Shown here: one piece after another, positions 35,424 to 49,560 of the stretch
Numbering within the stretch: the first letter of the stretch is position 1
How the letters are laid out: each line of letters begins with the position of its first letter
NCBI RefSeq assembly: GCF_006345805.1
Contig: NC_043000.1
Location: 15,004,001 to 15,068,000 of the forward strand
Source: Octopus sinensis
Taxonomy: Eukaryota
Reading direction: 5' to 3'
DNA length: 64,000 nucleotides
Translations under genes and position numbers: made by a program
The notes under the pieces: model-generated
The model's database searches: none
The model's input: the letters and a program-made list of their open reading frames with translations, nothing else
Told to the model about the DNA's origin: nothing

Positions 35424-36274
35424 AATCGAATTATTTTATTAATTTACAGAGAAGGTATCTTATTATCTAATTAATTAATTATATAGCGACTTTCCCAAAA
35501 GTTGAATGGAGACAAAATTTAGAGGAAGGCGGTGTAAATCTACGCTAGTTTGGTCTTGCAAATAATTCCATGTGAAGAATGTAGTTTATTTAATACTGTG
35601 CAATGTTGCGCACTTCAAAGTTGAAATCAAATTTATTCTTTTATGATTTGTATGTACTATAGTCGTTTTGTTTTATTTCATTTTGTTTTTCCAAATCCGA
35701 CAATATTCACCCACTAAATAAAACAAATATATCAAGACAATAACAGTTGGCTAATGATGTTGTATTACGTTTATTTACTTAGTCTTTTTATCTTCGGCAA
35801 GTACGATGAAGTTTATACTTTGCTGATGAGGTCAGATTAAGATCAAAACATAATTCGAGTTGTCTCTCGTGCTTGCTGGAAAAATATGAAAATATATTGA
35901 ATTCTGATAGATAGAAAGACACAATATATGACTGGTACTTTATTTTATTCACCTTGTAACAATAAATAGCACTGTCTACCTACAAAAGAATTTAATGGAG
36001 CTCTGGAAACAGTGAAAGCTGAACTCAGATTAGAAAGGAACATTTTTCAAATCCTCACATCATTTTGTTGCTCTCTAGCAATTCTACCAATATATTACCC
36101 GATGAAAATAAAATTATTCATTAAGTGAAACCTTTTTGTATACATATTTATTAATTTCAAAACACTAACTTACATACTGTTTTTCACATGGATGGATGTA
36201 AAGTGGTTGGTATTAGGACGCGCATCCAGCACTAAAATCAATGCCAAACAGACCTTGCTGGTGATGGTGCCAAA

Positions 36275-36610
36275 TAATAATAATGAAATTATTGTATACA
36301 GTACTCCAGTGCACCACAACTAGTCAAAAGTGCATATAAAGCATATGCAGCAATGTACAAATGTCTGGAAAGTGAACAGTGTATGAGTCAGATACATGCT
36401 TGCGTGTGTATGGAGGGGAGAAAATCAGGTGTAGCATTGGCGAATCTCAGGAAGCATGGAAGTTTTGAAGGATGCAGTGCTCCGACAACTAACAACTGAT
36501 GCCAGCAGTTTGTTCCATACTTCAGCAACTCTTAGCATGAAAAAATGTTTCCAAAAGTCATGGAAGACTTTATAAACATGTCCATGGGTGTTAGACAGGT
36601 GGAGTTTGAA
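36275..36610 (-). mobile_element. CR1-clade LINE 3' fragment (second copy)
   Basis: Near-copy of 18849-19200; THGHVYKV...KHFFMLRVAEVWNKLLASVVSCRSTASFK. Confidence 0.8.
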
Positions 36611-37619
36611 AAGGTGCTCAGAAAAGCATCTAGTACGCTCTGTAAAGTAGTTGGCATTAGGAAAGGCATGAAAACCATGCCAAAACACAGTGGAATGTGG
36701 TGCAGTCCTCTGGCTTGCCAGCAACTGTCAAATCATCCAACCCATGCCAGCATGAAAGATGGACATTAAATGAAGACAACGGTGATGATAATGATGGATG
36801 ATGGCATCTTTAAATTATTTCATTTCTCAACAGTTCTAGTTTCCCATGTCAAGAAATGCACAATGTTTAGAAAAGCTATATTTTGCATATGAGGTTATAT
36901 AATAAGTTTGATGATTTTTTTTTTTTTTAATTATTTCAGTCATTTGACTGCGGCCATGCTGATGATAATCTTTAAATTATTTGATTTCTAAACAATTCTA
37001 TTTCTCCTCTCCACTTGAACACCACTATCTCTCTCTCTGCCTGATCTAAGGCAGTAACTCTTTTCACTTTTCCCTCTCCTGTTCTAGCCTCTCCTCATTC
37101 ATTTTCGCAGTACTTATCTTTCATTCTACCCCCACTCCCCTTATCAACCCTTGTACTAATATTTCATCACAGCCATGTGTTGAGAGGGATTTGAGGGAAT
37201 TTGAATAAATGTAACAAAAGCAAAGTTTGAAGGAAATCGTCATCATCATCATTATCATCGTTGTTTTCCATGCTGGCATGGGTTGAACGGTTTGTTAGGG
37301 GCTGGCTAGGCAGAAGACTGCACCAGGCTTCACCGTTTCTTTTGGCAGGGTTTTTATGGCTAGAAGACCTTCCTAACAATGGCCACTTTACAGAGTGGAC
37401 TGAAATATTAGCCATTTTTCATACTTTCTAGGGGTAAGCAAATAGGAAATAACAGTTGCTACCCAGGGACAAAAATTGTATTAAAGTGTTATTCGTCTGC
37501 CTTCCTCACACAAGAACACTTGATCATGCTGCCTTGGATGATCAGAGAGACTGCAAGGCCAAGCAAATTCATTGGTCCTTTTAAGGACAGACAACCTCCA
37601 TAAAATGCATCGACTAAAT

Positions 37620-38040
37620 TCTTATTTCTTTATTGCTCACAAGGGGCTAAACATAGAGGGGACAAACAAGACAGACAAACGGATTAAATTGATTACATTG
37701 ACCTCAGTGCGTAACTGGTACTTAATTTATCGACACCAAAAGGATGAAAGGCAAAGTCGACCTCGGCAGAATTTGAACTCAGAACGTAACAGCAAATGAA
37801 CTACCTATTTCTTAACTACCCACAAGGCGCTAAACACAGAGGGGACAAACAAGGACAGACACATGGATTAAGTCAATTACATCGACCTCAGTGCATAACT
37901 GGTACTTAATTTATCGACCCCGAAAGGATGAAAGGCAAAGTCGACCTTGGCGGAATTTGAACTCAGAACGTAACGGCAGACAAAATACTGTTAAGCATTT
38001 CGCCTGGCATGCTAACGTTTCTGCCAGCTTGCCGCCTTAA
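37620..38040 (-). mobile_element. SINE family B with duplicated 3' part
   Basis: Body repeated at about 37622-37800 and 37805-38038; TSD ATCGACTAAATTCT on both flanks. Confidence 0.75.
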
Positions 38041-38342
38041 ATCGACTAAATTCTGTTAAGTGGTTGGAAATAGGAATGGCATCTAAATATAGAAACTATG
38101 CCATTAAAACATATAAGTGAAAAGTGGTCTTTTATCCCATCTAGGAGCATAGTGACCCCAAGTAATGACTCAAATTGTGACAACTCATCCAGTTTATGCT
38201 AGTATAAAAGGAGAACAGATGATGAGGATGATGAAGGTGATAGAGGAGGTGGTGCAGCCAGGGACTATTGATTAAGAACCTCTCCTCAAAATTGCCATCC
38301 TTGTGCCAAAATTTGAAATCATTATTACAGCTTCTCTTGAAA

Positions 38343-39250
38343 ATGGACAAAATTTGGCATTGTGGTGTTATCAAGTACCTGCAAAAAAAGGGTTTAGCCC
38401 CCAAGGACAGTCATGCTGACAAAGTTGTAACATTAGGACTTTATCAACAGTGCAAAAGTAGGCAACTGATTTCAGGAAGGGAAAGGAGAGTCTTGAAGGT
38501 GACCCAAGGTCTGGATGTCCTACAACTGCCACCATTGAGGAAAACAGTGACTATGTTCACCACATGGTAATGGATAACAGGCATGCACAATGAACTTGGC
38601 ATAATGAAGTTTTCTGCTTGGCAGGTGCCACATCTTCAGACACCTGAGCAAAAAAGTGTACCAGGTTGATCACATCACCAGAAAATTCGACATTGTAGCA
38701 GATCCAGCTGGTTTCCTCGACTGTTTCCCAACCCAGGATGAGTGTTGGCTTCATCACTTTGAGACCGAGACAAAGAGACAATCCATGCGGTGGAAACACC
38801 CCGCCTCACCTGCTTCAAAGAAGGCCAAGATCTTTTCATTTGCAGGGTATGTGATGGCTTCAGCTTTTGGGGATGCAAAAGGCATTGTGTTTATTGACTA
38901 TCTTCAAAAAGGGCAACATCAATAGGAATTATGATGCTAACTCGCTAAGGCAGTTATGAAAGGCTATCAAGACCAAACACCCAGGAAACTGACAAAAGAG
39001 ATCTTGTTTCATTAGAACAATGCTCCAGTGTCTTGGTCAGTCTATGAGCATTATAGCTGACCCATGTATAGGAGAAAGGATTATTGACATCAATTACATC
39101 ACAGTTGCTCAACCTACCAGTTACAGGAAGCAAAATCACAACCAGCTGTCTTAACTGAAAGAAAGACACACTGTGTAATATAACTCTCATGAAACTCGCT
39201 ATGTGAATAAAACACAGGATTATCCAGAACAGCTGTGACAAGTGTAATTT
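38343..39250 (+). mobile_element. Decayed mariner transposase (frameshifts, deletions)
   Basis: MDKIWHCGVIKYLQKKGLAPKDSHADKVVTLG (HTH start); TQDECWLHHFETETKRQSMRWKHPASPASKKAK...VMASAFGDAKGIVFIDYLQKG (first catalytic D region); later LFH*NNAP. Confidence 0.9.
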
Positions 39251-39647
39251 CATGTCATTCTAATCAATAAAATTATGTCGTTTGTTTTCAAAAAACTGAA
39301 CATGGAGAGCTTTTAAAATGTTACTAACATCAGTGTTAGCTATTTTATACAATAGGATCTTTTCTTATTTTTAATTGGTTCTGCTCCTGCAGTGCATAAA
39401 TATCACTTTGTGCTAAACAGAAAATATCCTGGTTTCTATTTTTAGTTTAAAATTCAAAACAAAACTAATAAACTTATTGTCGAATGTATACACATATAAT
39501 ATTAAAATTGTGTATATGTATGTGCACGTATACCCACACAGACACACATTTATATAGAAAAGAAAAAGAACATTGTTGTAAAGATCATTAGGGAAACAAA
39601 AATCCCTCTTCAGCAGCAAATAAAAGTCTCTTCTATTTTCCAATTGC

Positions 39648-39990
39648 TCCTACTACTACTACTACTATGGCAATCCCTCAAGGTCGAGGATGATGATCTT
39701 CGCGCAAATTTATTGGTGAGTCCGCAGGTGACTGATAAGACCAATTCTTGCTCGAAAAGATCGGTCACAGTGCGGACATCTAGTGCCGGAAGGGAGAGTT
39801 GCACATGGTTGTTGTTGGCGCTCCTTCCGTCGTCGTCTTTTCTCCTCCAGCTCTGCAGACCTTTTCGACTTGAAATTCACCATTCCCTCATGGATGGTGG
39901 TTTTCCAGAGTGGTCTGTTTTTTGCCGTTTTTCCCAATTGCTCCAGTCAAATCACATCTCAGACAGTATTTAACAATCTTCTGTCTTTGT
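39648..39990 (-). mobile_element. RTE-clade LINE 3' end
   Basis: WKTTIHEG...KRRRRKERQQQ...CPHCDRSFRARIGLISHLRTHQ, the typical RTE/BovB-like C-terminal C2H2 motif, followed by a (TAG)n tail at 39648-39667. Confidence 0.85.
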
Positions 39991-40503
39991 TATTATCTTC
40001 CGTCTTACCTTTTACTTGTTTCAGTCACTGGACTGCAGCAATGGTGGGGCACTACATTAAAGCGTTTCAGTCAAATAAATTTCTTTTTTTTACCAAACTG
40101 ATAAGTTATGGCGATGTAAACAAACCAACACCTGTTGCCAAGCAAGGGAGGGGGACAACAAAATGCACACACATGTATAGATATGTGTGTGTGTGTGTGC
40201 GTCATTATCATCATCGTTTAACGTCCGCTTTCCATGCTGGCATGGGTTGGATGGTTTGACTGAGGATTGGCAAACCAGATGGCTGCCCTTCGTAACACCA
40301 ACCACTCCAAGAATGTAGTGGGTGCTTTTTACATGCCACCGTCACGAGGGCCAGTCAGATGGTACAGGCGATGGCCACACTCAAATGGTGTTTTTTATGT
40401 GCCACCTGCATAGGAGCCAGTCCAGCGGCACTGGCAACGACCTCAATCGAAAATGTTAACTTTGGTAATTAACGAATAATGGATTAACAGACTGACGCCC
40501 AGC

Positions 40504-40554
<51 letters not shown>

Positions 40555-41585
40555 ATGTATGTATATATATATACATACATATATATAATATATATATATT
40601 CACAGCTGGGTGTAAGTCCGTTAATCCATTAATCGTTAATTAACGAAGTTAACATTTTCGTTAAAGATTTAACTTTTAAGTTAATTTTGAAAATCATTAT
40701 GGGCTGTTTCCTGCGCATAGCTCCCTGCCCATTCAAAGTACCCTGGATCCCGAAACGTCTCGCTGTGCTTGAGGAGACCTGTTGAGTCAAGTACATGAAC
40801 ATGAACATCGAAATAAATATCAATGGAAATAGTAGTTGTGATACCTGTGCTGATGGCACATAAAAAGTACCATCTGTACGTGGCCATTGCCAGCGCCGCC
40901 TCGACTGGCTTCTGTGCCGGTGGCACATAAAAAGCACCATCCGAACGTGGCTGTTGCCAGCGCCGCCCTGGCTGGCTTCTGTGCCGGTGGCACGTTAAAA
41001 GCTCCAACCAATCGTGGCCGATGCCGGACACCCCTGGCACCTGTGCAGGTGGCACGTAAAAAGCACCCACTACACTCGCAGAGTGGTTGGCGTTAGGAAG
41101 GGCATCCAGCTGTAGAAACTCTGCCAGATCAGACTGGAGCCTGGTGCAGCCCCTGGCTTCCCAGACCCCGGTCGAACCGTCCAACCCATGCTAGCGCGGA
41201 AAACGGACGTTAAACGATGATGATGATGATGATGATGATTATCAGACTAATTAACTTCTGTTACATTTAGGTTCCATTAACTCAAGTCTGTTAACCCCAA
41301 AATATCCTAAAAACCAGTAAACGTTTAAAAGCTTCTATTGTTTTCAGATTGTCTTGGCATATTGTACGCTTCATTCATTCAACTCCGATATAACACCACC
41401 TATTATTATAAATAACTTGTAGGACCTCATTTGGCCCTGCCTGGATTTGAAACGAAATCCACCCACTTGTTGCTTGAAACAACATTGGGAAATTTCTTTG
41501 TCCTGTCAAAAGGGAACATTGATTGATATAATTCTATTTGACCTATGCAATGCTAGGGGGACAAACATATACATATACACACAAA

Positions 41586-41642
<57 letters not shown>

Positions 41643-42602
41643 GACAGGCTTCTTTCAATTTTCGTCTACCAAATCCACTCACAAGGCATTGGTCGGCCCG
41701 GGGCTATAGCAGAAGACACCTGCCCAAGATGCCACGCAGTGGGACTGAACCCGGAACCATGTGGTTGGTAAGCACATGGTATGCTGAGGTGGATGTCCAT
41801 GGAGAAAATATTGACTTCCAAAATGTGGAAAAAATAAATGAAAGGGAAAAAGTTGGTAAATATTTCAGTGTGAATGCAAATAGCTGTTATGTGGTAGCAG
41901 AGCATGCTAGAAATAGCAGCCAAATCTTCCCTTTTCTGAAATAAGGAGCCATTTACACATTCGTTAAAAGCATGCAAAATAACCTGGAAAAGAAAAAAAA
42001 GACCCACTTTTCCATACTTGAATGGGTCAACTGTAATTTCTGTGCAAGAAAATTACACGTAGATCACACCTCTAATATTTTGCTCCACACCTGCATCTTT
42101 TCCCTATTTCTTCTATGAACATTATAATGGAAAATTCTGAGCTTATCTTACCTTGTACTCAAAATCTGAGGTGTAGCCAGGTTCTAAAGTTTGGAAGAGT
42201 GAACATATAAAGAAAAGGCACCCAGACAGATACCAAACAATTTTTCACTCATTTCTCTCTTATATCATGCAAAACATTTAATTAGTTATAATATATGTAA
42301 TTATATCCTACATACGTTAATTTCAGCTTTCAGTAATGTCGTTATGCATGAAACTTACAACTACTGATAAAGATGTGACATGAAAAAGATGAAACTCCAC
42401 AGGGTCGTCTAGTGTTGAGAGTTTATGACGTCAGGGTTTGTTTTGGCTCTTCAGATGTCAACGACCACCAGCAGGATATTGAGCAGACAGCTGAAAAACA
42501 AAGGGGGTTGAGGTTGGGTCAAATAAAAAAAATGACTTCATAAAGTTCTTCCAAGGCCATGCAATTAATAAAAAAAAAAATGAGACTCAGCTTTTAACAC
42601 AC

Positions 42603-42759
42603 GAGTGGCTGTGAGGTAAGTAGCTTGCTTACCAACCACATGGTTCCGGGTTCAGTCCCACTGCATGGCATCTTGGGCAAGTGTCTTCTGCTATAGCCCC
42701 GGGCCGACCAATACCTTTTGAGTGATTTGGTAGATGGAAATTGAAAGAAGCCTGTCGTA

Positions 42760-42842
<83 letters not shown>

Positions 42843-43058
42843 ATATGTTTGTGTGTCTGTGTTTGTCCCCCTAGCATTGCTTGACAACCGATGCTGGTGT
42901 GTTACATCCCCGTCACTTAGCGGTTCGGCAAAAGAGACCGATAGAATAAGTACTGGGCTTACAAAAAATAAATCCCAGGGTCGATTTGCTCGACTGAAGG
43001 CAGTGCTCCAGCATGGCCGCAGCCAAATGACTGAAACAAGTAAAAGAGTAAAAGAGTA
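42603..43058 (+). mobile_element. SINE family A with expanded (TA)n
   Basis: Full-length copy. Confidence 0.85.
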
Positions 43059-44759
43059 AGTGAACCAAAGAATTTTAAAAATTGTTGAAAAGGCATGTTT
43101 TGAAAAATGTGCTCCAGGGGAGTTGTGGTTCCCTATGCTCTCCTATTAACTATGCCACTACCTACTTCACTGTTATTTCTCAGATGTTTTACTCATTCAC
43201 CCGCCTGCAGTTTTTAGCTCTTCATCTCTCATACATACTGTCACACAAATACTCCAAACACTTTCACTCACTCTTCTTACTTTTCTAATCTGAAAGATAT
43301 CTCCAGAGGCAACATCTGTTACCCTCCAATTCAGAATTTCCTGTTAATGAAATCATCATCATTATTATGGGCACAAGTGTGACTGTGTGATAAGAAACTT
43401 GCTTCCCAACCCCATGGTTCCAGGTTCAGTCTCACTGTGAGGTACCTTGGACAAGTGTCTTCTACTATAGCCTTGGGATAACCAAAGCCTTGTGAGTGGA
43501 TTTGATAGAAGGAAACTGAAAGATACCTGCTTTCCATAGAATATCAGAAATGAATGATTCATATACAACAATCCCCATGACATCAAGTGAAGGAGACACA
43601 ATCACACACACATGCACGCACACCCAAAGCTTTTGTTGGCCCAGAGCTATAATAGAAGACGCTTGACCAAGATGCCACAGTGTTGAACCGAACTTGAAAT
43701 CATGTGGTTGGGGAACAAACTACATAACCACATAGCCACATCTGCTTGCTAAAAATCATACACAAAGTGATAAAGAAGAAAATAATATTTCACACGATAA
43801 AACTCTTTACTTTGGCTGCTTAACAGTTTGGGATGGTAACATCTGTAGAGCTTGATCGCTTACCTTTGTTGAACATTTTCATTAATACAGTTTCTTTACT
43901 AGCCCACAACCACCAGCACAACCATCACCACAACCACCACCACCATCACCAACACCATTAACCATCATTGCTTAGTCTTAGTCTTTTAGAACGTGATTGC
44001 CTATTACACCTCATAACTATATTTAAAGGGCTCTTCCTCTGTCTTCTCTCATTGCAAACTACCACATCCTTTGCTAACTCATCTATAGTATACAGCAGAG
44101 AAATAGATAGGAAGCTTTACAATCATAGCTACTAGTGTAGCTAGTGGAAAGCAGTAGGGGCTGTCTGCGACCAGGTGGCACTTTTAAAGGAAAGGCAATA
44201 CAGCAAAGTTTACACATCATCTTATAAATAATTGCTTTAACAATATTCAAAATACAAAGACTAGTAGTAGTAGTAGAAGCAGTGGTAGTGGTGGTGGTGG
44301 TGGCGGCTAGGAGTGGCTGTGTGGTAAGTAGCTTGCTTACAAACTACATGGTTCCGGGCTCAGTCCCACTGCGTGACACCTTGGGCAAGTGTCTTGACCA
44401 AATCAACCCCAGGACTTATTCTTTGTAAGCCTAGTACTTATTCTATTAGTCTCTTTTGCTGAACCGCTAAGTTACAGGGACGTAAACACATCAGCATCGG
44501 TTGTCAAGCGATGTTGGTGGGGACAAACACAGACACACAAACATATACACACACATACACATATATATAGATATATATACACATATATACGACAGGCTTC
44601 TTTCAGTTTCCGTCTACCAAATCCACTCACAAGGCTTTGGCCGGCCCGAGGCTATAGTAGAAGACACTCGTCTAAGGTGCCATGCAGTGGGACTGAACCC
44701 AGAACCATGTGGTTGGTAAGCAAGCTACTTACCACATAGCCACTCCTATGCCTATGGTT

Positions 44760-44960
44760 AAGTGTCTATTGCACTTGACATCAGTAAAATATTTGACCAT
44801 GTCTAGTACAAAAATCTTCAGGCTAAACTGCTCACATACAGGCTTTATGTGATGATTGTCTTGGATAAGATGTTTCCTGTGACAACACACCATCATAGCT
44901 TGAACAGATGGTGGATCTTTCTGATTTACACTCTATCAGCTCTGTTTTCCCTCCTCACCC
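44760..44960 (+). mobile_element. LINE reverse-transcriptase relic
   Basis: VSIALDISKIFDHV*YKNLQAKLLTY matches the RT motif LDISKAFDRVWHxxLLxKL. Confidence 0.6.
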
Positions 44961-45789
44961 CTACACTCATCACTATACCTAATCCTTTCACTTTAGAAGG
45001 TTAACCCACAAGGATTTCCTTCCTAGCTACACATTTCATACTGACATTGAATTGCAGCTGTTTAAGCAAAACATCAACAGCATCAATCTGACTAGTTTAA
45101 TCTCTGAATATATTATCCTGTATATTTTCATTCAGAGATCATCATCATCATCATCATCATCATCGTTTAACATCCGTTCTCCATGCTAGCATGGGTTGGA
45201 CGGTTCGACCGGGGATCTGGGAAGCCAGAAGGCTGCACCAGGCTCCAGTCTTATCTGGCAAAGTTTCTACAGCTGAATGCTCTTCCTAACGCCAACCACT
45301 CTGTGAGTGTAGTGGGTGCTTTTTACGTGCCACCTGCACTGGTGCCAGGCGAGGCTGGCATCGGCCACGGTCAGATTGGTGCATTTTACGTGCCACCGGC
45401 ACCGAAGCCAGTCGAGGCGGCACTGGCTTCGGCCACGATTCGGATGGTGCTTTTTACGTGCCACCGACACGGAAGCCAGTCAGAGATGTCTTGTAAATAT
45501 GTATTTACATTCACGTTACCCTTAGGTATTTTAACCCAAAATACTTCGTTCTTGATGTTATTCCCATTTTCTATCATTAACTATCAGTAACCATCATTTC
45601 TATTAGTAATTTCAGAATAAATTATAACTGATCCAAAATAATTTATGTAATTATTCTTCCATATATACAGATTCAAAATAAATAATTAAAAAAATGTGTA
45701 TGTTAAGAGATTAAGAGGGCTGACACATGCTATAAGTACAATCCTTTTCTCTTGATTAACTCAGCCTGGGCAAAGTTCAGAGAGCTCTT

Positions 45790-46085
45790 ACTTCTGCTGG
45801 TGACAAAAGGGCCTCTCACTCAGAGTAAAAGGTAGACTGTATGATGCATGTGTACAAACAGACATGCTACATGGCAGTGAAACATGGGTCGTGACTGCTG
45901 AGGACATGTGTAAGCTTGCAAGGAATGAAGCCAGTATGCTCCGCTGGATGTGTAATGTCAGTGTGCATATTCGACAGAGTGTAAGTACCTTGAGAGAAAA
46001 GTTGGACCTAAGAAACATCAGATGTGGTGTGCAAGAGAGACGACTGTGCTGGTATGGTCATGTGGTGAGAATAGCTGTGTGAAAA
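45790..46085 (+). mobile_element. RTE-clade LINE ORF C-terminal fragment
   Basis: LHGSETWVVTAEDMCKLARNEASMLRWMCNV...ERRLCWYGHVVR matches the post-RT YGSETW...RLRWFGHV motif. Confidence 0.85.
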
Positions 46086-46894
46086 AGTGCCGCTGGATTG
46101 GCTCTTGTACAGGTGGCACATAAAAAGCACCATTTGAGCATGGCCGTTGCCAGTACCACCCGACTGGCCCTCGTGCTGGTGGCACGTAAAAGCACCCACT
46201 ACACTCTCAGAGTGGTTGGTGTTAGGAAGGGCATCCAGCTGTAGAAACTCTGCCAAATCAAGATTGGAGCCTGGTGCAGCCATCTGGTTTACCAATCCTC
46301 AGTCAAATCGTCCAACCCATGCCAGCATGGAAAGCAGACGTTAAATGATGATGATGATGATGAAATACAAAAAAAACTGTAGAATTTATTTATGCATGAT
46401 TGTCAGCTGTGCGTGTGTGTGTTTGTGCATGCAAGCATGTATTATATTTTCCACTATCATATTGGAATAAAGCGTGTGTGTGTGTGAATTTGTCATATGT
46501 AAAGTAAACAGTATTACATGTGACTTTGTTTACTTTAGATATGACAAACATATATCAGACTACATGTTACTTCTAACACAAGTACTTTTAAATTTCCACA
46601 TCCAAAAATAAACAATTTATAAACAGAATACATTGTTGTCTTTACACAAAATTCACCAGTTTTTCAAAACTATACATGAAACATTCGTTAGCATAACCAA
46701 CTGCCTCTGAAATTATAGTTACAAATGAATATCCATAATCATGTGGTAAATACTTTTCAAAATGTATTAGCAGTATATAATTTGGGATTATATTTCATTT
46801 TTAGGATTGGTAAAATTTATAAATCAAAATATTGCATGCTGTGAAATTTGTGAGATGTGACATTTCATACAAGCTTTACTTTTAAAGAAAACTG

Positions 46895-47298
46895 GGATCT
46901 TTTCAGTTTGAACGGCAGTTTTTAACATAATTTCTAGGTAACTAAAAAATTTTAAACTTCGTATACTGGTAGAATGTGTTTATAAAACATCTTTTTCTCT
47001 TGGCGTTATTGAGAAAATTCTATAGTTTGTAAGATATTTGTTGTTTTTTTCTTCAATTTCTGCAATTTCAACCAATCAATGACGTCTATTTGAGGTGAAA
47101 ACATTCTGTGCCGTATGTATATGTCCCTCATTTAAGAAACAGATTGGGTTTATTTACATTTCTGAAGAAAAAAAGATATCCTTCCCCCACCCCTAAAACA
47201 GATTGAAATGCAATAGATCGATACTAGGGTCATAATTATGGGTGACAATTTCATATGACACCGCTAGAAAAAAACTGCCGTTCAAACCGCAAAGATCC
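46895..47298. mobile_element. MITE with about 28-bp TIR
   Basis: GGATCTTTTCAGTTTGAACGGCAGTTTTT versus AAAAAACTGCCGTTCAAACCGCAAAGATCC; a second partial copy lies at about 53990-54206. Confidence 0.7.
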
Positions 47299-48342
47299 GA
47301 AAATTGCAAAATTGACCTTTTCTTCTAGCATAAAAAATTACATTGATTTACAAATTTTATCAAGCTTCTTCAAATTCTAGTGGTTGCTATTGAATCAAAG
47401 ATCAGACTAGAGTCACTAGACATATGGCCAAAATAGTTCCAGCTGTCCATATTGTCATTTTGACAAGCATAGTGTATAACTAGGTCTACATTATCCAATT
47501 TCTTCCTTGTCTTTTTCTCCATTTTTTTAATTAACTCTATACACCCACACAGTAGGATATCTATTTACAAGCATTGAAAGTTAAATATCTTGGAATACAG
47601 ACAACACAGTCTTTATCAAAAGAAAATCTTAACATGTCCGTTCAGATTCTGAAATATACAGAAATAAATCACTTACATGTCACTTAACTTGTTAGAAATA
47701 ACACTCAAATATCCCTCAACTCACATTTTGATATTTTACCATCTTGAAAAAAAAAAGGAGAAAAAGAAGTACACTTTGGATAATGTAGTTATTTGGTCAT
47801 AGGTGTTTGAGCTGGGCTGACTTGAAGCTGATCTAGTCACACACACACACAAACACATATGCACACTCACACATGATACTGAATATAGAATAATGTTTAT
47901 AAGTATAAGGGAACATTATTATGTAACCAATTTCGAAAATTTGAGGGTATTATATTAGAGTAGCCATCTACAGTGTATTTTAAAATTAGCTTGAAAGTGG
48001 AACTCTCTATATATATATCAATATATATAAAGGCATTTCAAGTTTCACATACTACATTACAAAATTTGCTAGTCTAGATACCAAGGGAAGAGTGAGTACT
48101 TTTGTTGGAATTTAATACGTTGGGTAGTATAGAACTCAATACACAGGTTAGAGTGGATATATATTCATTATATCAAAGTTGACAGTTTTCACTGAGATTC
48201 CCTCGTAGCTAGGCTTTTCACAACTGTTCCCAATCAGGAACAGCCGAGCTGAAGGTGAAACTCAGAGAAGACTATCAACTTTGATATAATATATAGGTTT
48301 GGTGATACAAACGGGAAAATAAAACTAAAAACGCAACTATAT

Positions 48343-48738
48343 TACTCTTTACTCTTTTACTTGTTTCAGTCATTTGACTGCGGCCATGCTGGAGCACCGC
48401 CTTTAGTCGAGCAACTCGACCCCGGGACTTATTCTTTTTGTAAGCTCAGTACTTATTCTATCGGTCTCTTTTTGCTGAACCGCTAAGTGACGGGGACATA
48501 AACACACGAGCATCGGTTGTCAAGCAATGCTAGGGAAACAAACACAGACACAAACACACACACATACATATATACGACAGGCTTCTTTCAGTTTCCGTCT
48601 ACCAAATCCACTCACAAGGCATTGGTTGGCCCGGGGCTATAGCAGAAGACACTTGCCCAAGTTGCCACGCAGTGGGACTGAACCCAGAACCATGTGGTTG
48701 GTTAGCAAGCTACTTACCACACAGCCACTCCTGCGCCT
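48343..48738 (-). mobile_element. SINE family A
   Basis: Full-length copy. Confidence 0.85.
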
Positions 48739-49062
48739 ATATATATATATAGTCGCTATGCTTGGTCGCTAAATCCACAAGTTTTTTTTTTCTCTCTCTC
48801 TCTGTTTATTTTCTCTTATTCCTTTCTGTTGAAGAGCGTAGACTTGAAACGTAAAAGACTTTCTCACTTTCCCGAGTGTCAAACTAATACAACTACTTGT
48901 TGTTCATACAGTTGTCTTCATCTTTTAGATCCTAAATTTCAACTATATATATATATATATTGTGAGAATTTACAAAAAAAAATGTCCCGGAGTCGATTTG
49001 TTCGACTAAAGGTGGTGCTCCAGAATGGCCGCAGTCAAATGACTGACACAAATAAAAGAAAG

Positions 49063-49169
<107 letters not shown>

Positions 49170-49327
49170 GTAGTGGCTGTGTGGTAAGTAGCTTGTTTAC
49201 CAACCACATGGTTCTGGGTTCAATCCCACTGCGTGACATCTTGGGCAAGTGTCTTCTGCTAAAACCCCGGGTCGACCAATGCCTTGTAAGTGGATTTGGT
49301 AGACAGAAAACTGAAAGAAGACTGTCG

Positions 49328-49364
<37 letters not shown>

Positions 49365-49560
49365 ATATGTTTGTGTGTCTGTGTTTGTCCTCCTAGCATT
49401 GTTTGACAACCGATGCTGGTGTGTTTACGTCCCCGTAACTTAGCGGTTCGGCAAAAGAGACCGATAGAATAAGTACTGGGCTTACAAAAGAATAAGTCCC
49501 GGCTAAAGGCGGTGCTCCAGCATGGCCGCAGTCAAATGACTGAAACAAGTAAAAGAGTAT
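49170..49560 (+). mobile_element. SINE family A
   Basis: Near full-length copy with a small internal deletion near 49500. Confidence 0.85.
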
